The position numbers and the translations under genes are program-made. This document shows positions 52,060 through 64,000 of a stretch of 64,000 nucleotides of DNA, one piece after another. Below the pieces are notes generated by a model. The model worked only from the letters and a program-made list of their open reading frames with translations. It made no database searches and was not told the DNA's origin. Numbering within the stretch: the first letter of the stretch is position 1; every line of letters starts with the position of its first letter. This DNA is from Octopus vulgaris (taxonomy: Eukaryota): assembly GCA_951406725.2 (NCBI GenBank), contig OX597826.1, positions 14,756,001-14,820,000 of the forward strand, given 5' to 3'.

Positions 52060-52470
52060 GCAGGGAAAAATTAAGATGTCCTTTGATGAATCTCTGTACG
52101 AGTACAGATCTTGTATATAAGTTCACGCAAGGGGAGGGACGTATGTTTACATCGGGCAGACGGCTGATTCATTTAAGAATTGTTATTGTAACCATGTTGC
52201 CAGCTTTAAAACAATCAATAAGAGACATACAACATCGTTGGCAGATTTTGTATGGCGAGTGAAGGAAGATCAAATGAAGTACAGCAGAACTTGGTCCATA
52301 GTAAGGTACGTGAAACCATACAATATAATTACCAGAAGATGTCTCTGCTCTGATGAATCCCTGTCTATTCTGTGACTAACGAGAAGATCATTAACATAAT
52401 TTTTGAAGAATTCTCGAGATGCCTACACGCATATAAATGTACTTTCACAAAATGCAGTGAGAATGAATTT
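52060..52470 (+). pseudogene. PLE GIY-YIG endonuclease remnant
   Basis: CP..LVYK..YVYIGQTADSFKNCYCNHVASFK..TTSLADFVWRVKE..WSIV..KPYN..RRC..C..E..IN..E..RCLHAYK. Confidence 0.8.
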
Positions 52471-53011
52471 TGAGTAACCGTTAATATAATTTAATTTACT
52501 TTAAGGTATGGATGACTTATGTTTACTTTTTACCTCCCCATTCTTACAAACACCAAGTAGATAGTTAACTCGCTTTGTGATCAGGAGTTAACCAAACCTC
52601 CCGTATGCGTATGTTCACTTTTTTGTGGATGCTTGTATGAGCGAATGAACTCGTGCCATGCAGCTTGCCTGACGGCGTTTATTCATCCATATCTGTTAAC
52701 GGTTATTTTTAATACTTTTCTCGCTGGATTGCGTGTTCGGTTAAATTTTTGCCATCTGTGATTTTGTTTTTGATCTTCTATATAAATGAAGATATTTCCT
52801 CCGTCTAGCTGCTTTCCTTTCTACAACGCGAGAAGTTACTTTAACGAGTTGTATTTATTTATCACCCGACGAGATACATATGCACTGTCGGATGCTCATG
52901 AAACAGTTGCTGAGTGTTCTACCCATGAGGGATCGATGCTAGATGTGTCGAAACACTTGTCCTGATTAATGATGAATTCTCGTATTTTCCATCTTCCGGC
53001 TGTCATTTGCC

Positions 53012-54615
53012 AAAAGACTTTCTCCCTTCCCGAGCGTTAAACATCTGTTAATTGTTTAGACACCCGTCTTCGTCTTTTTTTAAATTCTTACTATATATTA
53101 CACACTCACGTGGTCGCACCAGTTTTATCCTGTCTCCACCTCCAATTTGAACTTTTCTTGGATTATTCTACCTGGATTCTCTACCTGGATTTTCTTCTAC
53201 TCTCCTACACCTGGACTCCTACACTTCGTCCGCACCTCTCCTACCCATGGACTCTTACTTTAATGAGAAATTGCTCCAATACTCCACGACGTTTGAACCT
53301 TTTGAACTTTTCTAAACTTTTTTGTACTTTCTGCTTTTTCCTATTGTCGTTTCTCTCAATCCGCACTTGTTACCTTGCCTCTCTCTCTCTCCCTCCCTTT
53401 CTTTTTCCCTTTTGTCTTACCTTCTCCCTTTCTTCCCTTTTCTCTTTGTTTATTCCTTCTTCCTTCTTTCTCTCCTTGATTTTATTTTTTCTCCTCACCC
53501 CATTTGCATTTTTTCTCCCCACACCTTTCGAATTTTTCCTCCTCACGTCTTTATTGCCCTTCTCTCTCCCCCTCTTTTTTCCTTTCTTCTTTCTCTCTTC
53601 TCGTTTTTCAATCATGCCCCATTACAAACCTTTCCTCCTCCACCTTCACTACCGCCTAAAAAAACCACATTTCAACACTTCCTTTCCGCTGCTTTCAACC
53701 TTCTATTAACCTTTCCCTACTAATTTTTTTAAAAAAACACGCTTCTGTAGCAGTCGCTGCCATCATCACCGCTTCATCCCTAAAAGTTTCCTCCATTTCC
53801 ACCCCACTCTCCACTCTGCTTCAACCATCCTACACATACTCCGCATTACATCCTATCGCCTTATGCGCGTCACCATTCATTCTAATCTCTCCAAAATACA
53901 TGCCATCGACCGCCTTCTCCCTCTGCCTTTTTCCTTCTTCTCTTCTCAGTTGCCCTTCCATGCTAACACTACGTTACATAATTCGTTTAAATCATCTCTT
54001 TCATCTTCTCGCTCACACCAAACAACCTAATCTCCACTCACTCCTCCATTCCATCATACCCGATGCCACTACCCCTCATCTCCTCTCCTACCCTTCTCCC
54101 TCCCTGATACGCCGGTTTGACTTTTCCAAGCGTCCCCGACATCTGAATATCTCCCCTGCTGAACTCTCGGCCCTTCAATGTCTCCGACGCCGCACGTACC
54201 TCATCATTATGCCGGCCGATAAGGGTGGAGCCGTGGTGGTGTGACGCGCAGACCTCCTACAAGGCGGGTGCTCTCCACTAACTTCAAGACACCTCCTTCT
54301 TCTGCCCTCTGCCCCCTCACCATACGCCCAGCTATTAACAGACGGTGTCCTCTCCTATTCATAACCTCCTCTCGTCTCCCGCCACCACCTGTAACCTCAA
54401 TGTCTGCGCCGCTCACACTCCCACAATTTACTTCCTCACAAAATCCCCAAACCTTAAAACCCTGGCCCCCGTCCGCCTGCAACTGCTCCACCGAACTCAT
54501 CTCTAGATATCTTGACCGTGTCCTTGCCCCCTAGTGGCTTCCCTCCCCTCTCACATCCATAACACCAACCATGTTCTTCGTTTGTTCAACTTTTTCTCCT
54601 TCCCTCTCTCCCCTA
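53012..54615 (+). mobile_element. PLE 5' portion: pLTR plus decayed RT N-terminus
   Basis: 53012-53090 is subfamily-1 pLTR sequence. It is followed by a pyrimidine-rich leader, then NISPAELSALQCLRRRTYLIIMPADKGGAVVV*R, FYFLTKSPN (PKIHK-like) and ACNCSTELISRYLDRVLAPLVASLPSHIHNTNHVL. Confidence 0.88.
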
Positions 54616-55276
54616 ATCACAGTTCAATTATATATAAGTCACTTCATGTCCCATCGGTTCAGAAAGACGAAATCCCGTCTGGAATGGACGGCTGGATTGT
54701 AAAAATTAATTCAAATGTCTGTGTTATGAGCGTGAGCGTAAATTATTCAATCTTAGATCAATTACAATTAAAAAAAACAACAAAAACATTTTAACGGACG
54801 ATACAATCAAGTAAATTCGATCCACAACCATCGAAATTCACTTCATTATATCTCAGACATATACCAATTGAAACCCTTTTATGGCCAAGATAGTCTCTTG
54901 TTATCACAACATACAATAATAATATATGTGTGTATATAAATGTATTAAGTATCTAAGTCTTCTCCTACGTGTAACTACAGCAAAAACTATATAAACAATT
55001 GTATCTTCAATACAACAACTCATTTATCTATTTAAATTAGTTGGTAAAAAAAATGGTTTGTATCGATGTTTTCTGTCGATTCACTATAATTGAACTGTGA
55101 TTATGTATATCAGAACAATATATCTAAGTCCAAAACAATTTCTTGGACTTTTACGATTTATATAATTATTTATTTAATATAATGTTATATATTATATTCA
55201 TAGTATTTAATGTAATAATGTAATATAAATAAATTATTGAATGTCAATAGATCATCTCTATATTTAACTTACCTTT

Positions 55277-55304
55277 ATATATATATATATATATATATAT
55301 GTAC

Positions 55305-55369
<65 letters not shown>

Positions 55370-55592
55370 TTACAGATATAGGGTGAAAGATTAACTTAAT
55401 AAAACCAACAAATTTCAGCTAGTAGTTTTTCGGTATGGAAAAGGACCATATTCGGTAAAAGCTTATACAAAAAGTTTTTCATATATAATTATAACAATAA
55501 GGGTTTAGTAACAAGTTGCTTGACCACATACCGAAAATTTTAGAAATAGCAGCCAAAAGACTACTATTTCCTTTTTCTACAAAAGTATGTCT

Positions 55593-55645
<53 letters not shown>

Positions 55646-55832
55646 GTAAATAAATGCGGTTGAACGAAGATGTTATTCAAATTCTTTTACTTTCGGCATA
55701 TGTTTCGAAGACAACATAGGTTTTTTCCCAAAAAAAATAAACTGTGTAAAAAAATGCAATCTTCTCATCAGAAAAGAAAGAGAACCTATCTCAACAACAA
55801 GACATTATAACAGAGGATAATTCATCCACCCA

Positions 55833-55925
<93 letters not shown>
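55277..55925. repeat. Three (TA)n tracts separating PLE-like units
   Basis: 55277-55365, 55595-55641, 55836-55925. Confidence 0.95.
55690..55776 (-). ncRNA. Hammerhead motif with extended loop II and mutated cleavage triplet
   Basis: CUUUU-CUGAUGA-GAAGA[long loop]UCUUC-GAAAC-AUAU-GCC-GAAAG; canonical core, but GCC where GUH is required. Confidence 0.55.
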
Positions 55926-55927
<2 letters not shown>

Positions 55928-56164
55928 AATGTAGGATAAAATTTTTTCGAAACAAAAAATTTTATCAATGGCCAGCATATTAAAAAATACCTTTAAAGGT
56001 TAAATTATAAACAACTTATAAATAAGGGCAAGCGAAAAAATTTCTAATGCCAAATATGCCGAAAATTGGACATATTGTCCATTTACCATATAATTTTTTT
56101 CGCCAGTAATCATGCTTCTCGAAAAAAGGTCGACAGAAATCTCTAAAAAAATTCCATTTTAACC

Positions 56165-56219
56165 ATATCGGACCGATTTCAGGGTTAGTTCAAAAAGAAC
56201 CCTCCCTTCGTCAGTAATA
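56165..56219 (-). ncRNA. Hammerhead motif, canonical core
   Basis: UAUUA-CUGACGA-AGGG..GUUC(UUUUU)GAAC..CCCU-GAAA-UCG-GUC^CGAUA; stem I is weak. Confidence 0.55.
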
Positions 56220-56405
56220 CATGTGGCCACGTTGATAATGTACGTAATATATGTGTAAGTCTGTATGTGCGTACATGTGTATTTGTGTATGTGTGTGTGT
56301 GTGTGTGCAAGGGTTGAGTTGTCATGTTTATCAATAAACTCAAGAAATGAATTTACAAGCGATATACTTAAGTATGTACTTTGCAAAGAAAAGACAAGGA
56401 GGCGG

Positions 56406-56506
<101 letters not shown>

Positions 56507-57249
56507 TTTAGATATTTAGATAAATATCAGTGCAAGCTCGGGACACTTGTCTGATTGTTTATGAGTTTATTTGTTTGTGCGCGTGCTTATTAGAAAAAGT
56601 CAGTCGCTACGCTTCGTTTTTGTATTATCTACCCTAGTATGTATTTCATATCAGCAAATACGATTTATATCTGGATTTAACCCTTGGTCATAGATTTTTC
56701 GTGTAGACAACCTAGAACTTTTCTTAATATCAAGAATAAATTTCCTTTTCATTTCTATCAATCATACACAACGTGCGTTCATTATTGAACTCTGCATTCA
56801 TCTGAAAAATGTGATATTCGGTGTCAAAGACCAAACTGACCAAATACATAATTCATTATTATTTATTAAAAACAATAATAAAGCATTCATTACAATGTGC
56901 CGTTCAGCTGACTGGGTCTGCAAGTGTCAATTGGTTTAACCCTAAATTGATGTCCGTGTTATTTTCTAGAATAAAATAGATTTCGAATACAAAAGCTAAT
57001 ATTTAATCGACTGACTTTAATAGCATTCAATTCGATTATGTCATAATCAATGTCTCTTTTGTACTTATTATTGGAAATTGTTGATATTGGTAGCGTTAAA
57101 TTTTATTTGATTATTACTTCTGCTTTAGTACGGTTGGCAGAGAAAATCTGTGGAGCTTCGAACAAACAGTTTTCCTTTTTGATTTCTGAGCTCAAATCCC
57201 AACAGAATCGGATTTGACTTTCATCTTTATAGAATAGGTAAAATAGAGT

Positions 57250-57475
57250 CGAGCTGGCAGAACCGTTAGCACGCCGGGCGAAATGCGTAACCGTATTTGG
57301 TTTGCCGTTACGTTCTGAGTTCAAATTCCGCCGAGGTCGACTTTGCCTTTCATCGTTTCGGGGTCGATAAATTAAGGACCATTTACGCACTGGGGTCGAT
57401 GTAATCGACTTAATTCGCTTGTCTGTCCTTGTTTGTCCTCTCTGTGTTTAGCCCCTTGTGGGTAGTAAAGAAATG
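57250..57475 (+). mobile_element. Young SINE B subfamily copy with 16-bp TSD, apparently nested in an older B copy (from about 57128)
   Basis: GGTAAAATAGAGTCGA at 57237-57252 and 57476-57491. Confidence 0.9.
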
Positions 57476-59092
57476 GGTAAAATAGAGTCGATTTTCTCGA
57501 ATGCTACTAAGTACAAAATATGTAGCTTTGAATCTAACTTAGAAATCATTATTCATCTTCTTCTTGTTCTTTTATTACTATGTTATTATGTTATTGTTGC
57601 TGATGACGTGTTATTATTGTGATTAAAACCTTGCAATTTCATTCATAGTTGTATTATTGATCTTTGTCTTTAGCTATTTTACTATTCTTACTGTTGTAAT
57701 TGTTTGTTTTTGCTTTCTTCTATTTTTTCTTGGATTTTTTTCTTCTGGTTCTTAGGCTTTTTGCGTGGTTTCACGACTTCAGTTCACTATCTTCTAGTTC
57801 AGTATCTTTTGGTGGTTTACTTGATCAAAATACCGATACCATCTCCTTTATTCCAAATAAAGTCTCTCATTTATTATCTGATATAAAAATAACCGGTTTT
57901 ACCATTTTCTTCTTAGCTGTGATGAAAGAAATACCTAGAGCGGAATTATCAGATATTTTTGCCGGGAATGTGGTATAATTGATTTCAAAGAGCAGACTTG
58001 GTGACACAGTAAAGCTAATAATTTAATAATCATTATTTCTTCTTATCTGTATATACTTTGGATAAAGTGGTACTTTCTTTGATGATTCTTGGTATTTTTT
58101 TTATTTTCATATTTTTTCTTATATTTCTTGTCTTTTCGTGATGTAGATTATATTTCAGAATAACTGCTACATTGTTTGTTGTTTAATACATTTTATAAAG
58201 ATTACCGCCTCAATTCTCTTGATATTTAGATAGTGTATACATATATTTAATTGAACCTGCTTTTGATTCACTTTACACTCCTTTGTATTACAGCGATCAT
58301 ATTTGCCAAGTATCGCTTCAATAATGTATTTCTTAATGAATAGTTGATTAATTTGTATGAAAAGATTAGACACTTTGTATAACTGTTCTTGAATTAGTCA
58401 AAGAATTAGTTAGAATCAAGGCGTGAGGTATATTATGTCGAAAATACCTATTTCACAAAGTGTGTAGTACGCAGTCTAAATATCAGAAAAGTTGAGAGAA
58501 TCTGCAGTAAGTAACAACTTTTTATTGTGGAAAACGCTTGAGTCTGACACGCATTAGAAAGAGAAAGTTTCCGTATCAGACCGAATGTTATTTTTTTCTT
58601 TTATACGATCTATTATATTGGGCTGTTACCCAATCTCAGGATTGTGTAGAGAATATTGTACCAGCAGATGTTTAGAGCGGAAATGTTGGGGTTATTTGAG
58701 GTAGGAATTCTGTTTTTTTTTGTTTTCTTCTTTTTTTAGCAAATTTGCCTAAATTAAATTGATGAGCTGTTCATAAATTGTGTTATACGCTGTTTACAAA
58801 TTATAGTTATGTTGTACAATAGAGGTTTAATTGTTTAGCCATTTGTTAGCCCTGATTAACGACCCCTAACCATTTCGTCTATCTTTTACAAACATCTATT
58901 TACACTTCAGAAAGGTAGTATACACATTCATTCTTAATAGGTTCCGGCATATTCGAAGACAAATATTTGCACAAATCAAAATACAACAGGGATTCTAAAT
59001 GAATATGTAAATTATCGTTCTGATTCTCACTGTTCATCGTGCACATGGCAATTTGTCATCAGTTAGCGGATACCAGTGTCAGCAAATATATA

Positions 59093-59519
59093 GGCGTAGG
59101 AGTGGCTGTGTGGTAAGTAGCTTGCTTACCAACCACATCGTTCCGGGTTCAGTCCCACTGCGTGGCACATTGGGCAAGTGCCTTCTACTATAGCCTCGGG
59201 CCGACCAAAGCCTTGTGAGTGGAGTTGGTAGACGGAAACTGAAAGAAGCCCGTCGTATATATGTATATAGATATGTGCATATGTGGGTGTGTATATGTTT
59301 GTATATCTGTGTTTTCCCCCCAACATCGCTTAACAACCGATGCTGGTGTGTTTACGTCACCGTAACTTAGCGGTTCGGGAAAAAGAGACCGATAGAATAA
59401 GTACTAGGCTTGCAAAGAATAAGTTCTGGGGTTGATTTGCTCGACTAAAGGTCGATTTGCTCCAGCATGGCCACAGTAAAATGACTGAAACAAGTAAAGA
59501 GAGCAAAGAGAAAGAGAGT
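59093..59519 (+). mobile_element. SINE family A
   Basis: Full body with tail. Confidence 0.9.
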
Positions 59520-59595
59520 ATGTATGTATACAAATTTATATAAGTATGTATGGATGTATGGAAATATGGATGTATAATTTTTTTGCCAAGTTTAT

Positions 59596-59872
59596 AGGCG
59601 AAGGCGTGGCATAGGTGTGTATGTATGTGTCTTTGTGTCTGTGCTTGTCCCCCAATACCGCTTGACAACTGCTATTGGTGTAACCGTAACTTAGCGGTTT
59701 GGCAAAAGATACCGATGGAATAAGTGTCAAACTTTAAAAATAAGTATTGTATACAATACTTATCAAAAATAAGTATTATATAAGTATTCATTTCACTAAA
59801 AATTCTTCAAAGCAGTGCTCCAGAATGGTTGCAATCTAATAACTGAAAAAAGGTAAACGATAAAAAAGATAA
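59596..59872 (+). mobile_element. SINE A-related older copy with internal deletion
   Basis: GGCGAAGGCGTGGC head fused to GCTTGACAAC..CGTAACTTAGCGGTTTGGCAAAAG..GTGCTCCAG..ACTGAAA. Confidence 0.7.
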
Positions 59873-62800
59873 AACGCTAAAAGCTATTGTGAGATTCATT
59901 ACTCCGCAATGGCTTTCGCTGAGACACAAGGTCCTCAAGTCCCCTTTACTCTAATGAATCGGATGTGTTATGAACACGCTTCCGTCTACAAGGAACTGCT
60001 CTCCAGTGTCGAGTTACACCAGCGATTAGCATATTCACTTTTGAATCTACTGCAACTTTTTAAGGCTGAATATGTATAAAATCGCTCATAAATCATTTAT
60101 ACCAAAAGAACTGTTAGTTGCCAAGCATTGTTGATATTTTATATACCCAAGTTCTCTCATTGTTACATACACATCATTAGAACATTCTTGCACTCGTTTA
60201 GTCATCTAAGCAAATATATAAGTGTGCGTACGTGTGTCCGAGACTTCGAGCGGCTGTGAGTACATAACACAGTACGTTTAAAAATATTTTCAGCTAAACA
60301 CAAACATATCAGCTGTTTCCTCAGGCTGGTGTAGTGACATGTTTACACAGAGGCAGCTCATTTGAAATGTTTCCTAAATGTAACAAAACAAGATATTGCA
60401 AATTTATTCAATGTATATACAACAAGTGAACTTTGTGTACGGAAAAGAAATTGTTTGATTAAGAGTTAAGATTGTGTTCTAAATATTTAACAGTTTATCT
60501 TCCCTTGAGTCAATTCAATCAATATACTTCAGTTCTGTATAAAATATATGCTATGGCTACGTTCCTACCCAAAAACATGTTTAAATTTTTGTCCTTATTA
60601 ATCGATCTTCAATTGTTTAAATAATGGGTGGAGAAACAGAGAGCCAAAGTGCGATTCCTAGTTGTAGTAAATTTATTTCCCTCCTAAATAATACTATTAT
60701 TACTGTTAGTAATACTACAAACCAAAATATAGTCTTCCTTCTTTTCAATAGTTACATCTAATCACTTATAACTCTGTATTACTGATGAGACTTTGGAAAG
60801 AAATTGAGCAAGAGAATCTTTTCCGCCATATGAGATTTGTCACCTTTTCTAGTTGATTTGAATCTTGCTATCTTCTCTGATTACAAGCTACGTTTTGAAT
60901 ATTCCAGATGTATCTTATAACTAATATATTCCGTATTAAATTTCTCATCATGTACATTACTCACTTAGTTCCAAAGAATTCTCAAACATTAAAAAAAAAA
61001 CATACAAGATTATATCACATTATAGTCTAAAACAGTTTTCTGTTCAACTATTTTTGATTTCTAATATTTCACGAACATTTGCATTCATAATCTTTCTAAT
61101 TCAGTTATAATAAAATACATCTATAGCAACTGAATATGAACTGAATCTTTACGGTGTCATTTCAGATCATTCAGCTTCTTATCTTTTATACCGTTTACTT
61201 AGCCAAACATGGCTGCAAAAAATTCATGACCCTTCTAATTTCGGTTTTTGTTTTATTTTAATTCTTGTATTTCATTAATGTCAGAGCTTACTATGACGAG
61301 TAGATGCGGCTTTTCTGGTGCCCTTACTTCTTTTTATATCAGTTTTCTTTATCATTTTCTCTTCTGACACGCCTAAAAAACCTAAGCAATATTCCGCCCT
61401 TTACTTTCACTTTCATTTCGTAATGTTATATTGTACATTTATATATTTATTTACATCTACAAGTGCTGCTTCTTTCCAGTGTCTTAATGCCTGAAACTAT
61501 AATTCTACTTCAGTTTATGTTGCTATAAACATTGTTATTTATGACTAAAAATCGATTCCCCGTTTCTTTTGCTGCTTGTATTCTGACAAGTATTAAGATG
61601 CCGCCGTCAAAGTGATTCCTATACATACGATCTATAATGATAACTATATAAGCTCCAATCTCCCTAATTAACTATCAGACTATCTATTTATTATGTATAT
61701 GTATGTGTATATGTGTGTATATATATATACATATATATGCAACAGAAATTCTCACACACACTACACACATACACACACACACTCACACACACACATATAT
61801 ATATATATATGGAGAGAGAGAAAGAGAGAAAGGGAGAAAGAGGGAGAGAGAGGAAGGGACTCTTGTCAAACAGAACCCCATGAAGACGGATATCAAGATA
61901 AACTGGAGTATAAAAATCTAGTGTCAATTTTGACATCCAGCGCCATCTTCGAATATCAATGTCATAAGACCGTACATTCTAGTTTTGCAATCTGAGTGCC
62001 TCACACCCACCTAAGAAGGTAAAACGATAAAAAATATTAAGATGAGTCAATCACATAATGACGGATCATAATGGAAAATTAATTTTTCTGTCGCCTTTAT
62101 AAAATATATTTGACATTTGTTCAGAGATAGCAGTGAATGCCTAATATCTTGTATCAAAACACACCACTACGGTAGGATTATGTGGGCTGAAACTGAAGGA
62201 CATCACACTAGTGCACATTAATTAATAATTCCCTTCTTAGATTCCCTCTCAGAAATATACACTTTCTTTCTTACCTCCCCTCATTAATACCCTATTACCT
62301 GAATTTAATTACACCTCCTCTCGTCGCATTTCTTTCTCTTTCTCTCTGTTTCTCTCTCTTTCCCTCTTTCTTTATATCCTGTCTATAAGTTATATATAGG
62401 GAATTCTATGTAGACACATCCATAAATTTCATTGGAAATATGTCATCTGAAAAAGGTAATGTTTAATATAAATTTAGTTCTTGCAGTTTGATGGTATAGG
62501 TTTACTGTAATTAGTTTCCAATTCAAATAAAACGTATTCAGAAGACAGGACTAAGTCAGGCAGAACTAGTCAAAAAGTTCGAATCTTTGTTTTTAACTAT
62601 ACTATATCAGCAGAGTAGTTCGCTGCTCGATGCGAAAACAAATATCGTACACAACAGAGCTCAAATTTTGTTACCAAGAAATTTTCTTTAATACTTCTGG
62701 ATGTTTCAGTATATGGGGAAGTTTTTATCCATTTCTGACACTGTCCGTAATGTATAAATTCAAATTGCTGCTACCAAGCTTGGTATATGGGCATCAAGAA

Positions 62801-63299
62801 TATGGAAGTTTATGATAGGTGATTATGACCATTCAGAATTTGCTGTGGAATTGCACTTAGTGAAGTAGTCATTGCAACAACCAAGGACCGAACCATTCAG
62901 GAAAAAATAGTGAATTTTAGCTAAATGTAATAGGCTCCAAATTTCTGAAATATAGAATGTTCTCCGTGTCTTCAGCATGTAATTCACACGTGAATTTATT
63001 ATTTTAATCGGAAGAGTTGACTTTGTTTGAAACAGATGTAAGTAATTGCAGAAATCAGCAAGAATGCATCAAGAAAGGAAAAAGACCCTTCATAACCAAA
63101 TTCCAACCAAGTCTAAATATCTGTAGCAGAATAAGCAAGAAAACAACTACCACCAACGCATCTGCAAACTATGCTAAAGTTACCACAATGACTGCTAATA
63201 TACTAACGATTTCTACAGCCACTAACTGCCCACCTACCGCTGCTGCTACTTTTGCTAAAAGCCCTAGCTGTAGCCCCTTTCACTATCAGCCCCGACGGC

Positions 63300-63678
63300 T
63301 ACAGCTGCTGCTTTGTTTGTTTCTTTGTTTGTTGAGCGTCTCAGGACTGTCTGCAGTCCGAAACGTGGTCCTTTGCTATTCGTAAGACCAGAGAAGAGAA
63401 AGCAGGTCAACCCCCGAAAGCGAGAGCATCGACAGATGGATGAATGCGCATCCAGGCTCAGCGGTTGCGTAGGAAGTCGAGGACAAGAAACAGGAAGAAA
63501 GAGTGAGAGAAAGTTGGAGGGAAAGAGTACAACAGGGGTCGCCACCAACCCCTGCCGGAGGTTCGTGGAGCTTTAGGTGTTTTCGCTCAATAAACACACA
63601 CAACGCCCGGTCTGGGAATCGAAACCGCGATCCTCCGACCGCGAGTCCACTGCCCTAACCACTGGGCCATTGCGCCTC
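63300..63678 (-). mobile_element. SINE family C, tail type 2
   Basis: Homologue of 48240-48640. Confidence 0.88.
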
Positions 63679-64000
63679 CTACAGCTGTTGCTACTTCTAC
63701 CCTGCAACAATCAGAAGGAGGCCAAGCACCAACATAATGGGACAATTTTGAATGATAAATTTAATTTATGATTTTTCCTTTTATTCCAGCTCGGCTAAAT
63801 CAACATCGTGATGCTACGCTATTCAAACACATAGCTTGTTTAGATAGAAATGTTTTAGATAGAAATACAAATACTTCCTTACTTTTTTCCTTAGAAACAT
63901 TCTCCGATCATTTTAACATATATATAAATTAAAATTAAAAATAAAGATTAAATAAAATTGAAAGTTAACATAGTAAAATCATAGATTAAAATTATGCAAA

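Noticed and set aside
53110-53723. 199-aa and 133-aa hydrophobic ORFs resembling membrane proteins
   Set aside because: The pyrimidine-rich PLE leader yields F/L/S-rich frames artefactually.
60781-60810. CTGATGAG..GAAA hammerhead-like string
   Set aside because: No convincing stems I-III or cleavage triplet; expected by chance.
59900-63250. Possible host exons in unique sequence
   Set aside because: No recognisable domain or convincing splice-bounded frame; small exons cannot be excluded without RNA-seq.

Overview
AT-rich eukaryotic intergenic or intronic DNA made almost entirely of repeats; I found no host protein-coding exon I can support. The dense (TA)n/(TAA)n/(GATA)n/(TATG)n microsatellites and the SINE families look like an octopus (cephalopod) genome; this is recognition, not a database result. 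Contents: three tRNA-derived SINE families (about 35 copies); one young 5'-truncated CR1/L2-type LINE with an open 643-codon RT frame; several R4/Dong-type (RT + RLE) LINE fragments stacked in (TAA)n arrays; Penelope-like element (PLE) RT and GIY-YIG remnants; Tc1/mariner and hAT elements; Helitrons. The main signal is a set of 180-350 bp units embedded in (TA)n tracts. They carry minimal hammerhead-ribozyme motifs, with a compensatory stem-I change between two subfamilies. One subfamily is the 5' end of a PLE RT remnant, which begins at the predicted self-cleavage site. Also notable: a templated insertion of a Helitron helicase fragment into a SINE, and a decayed PIN/XPG-like nuclease remnant. 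Coordinates of decayed elements are approximate, and all alignments were done by eye.
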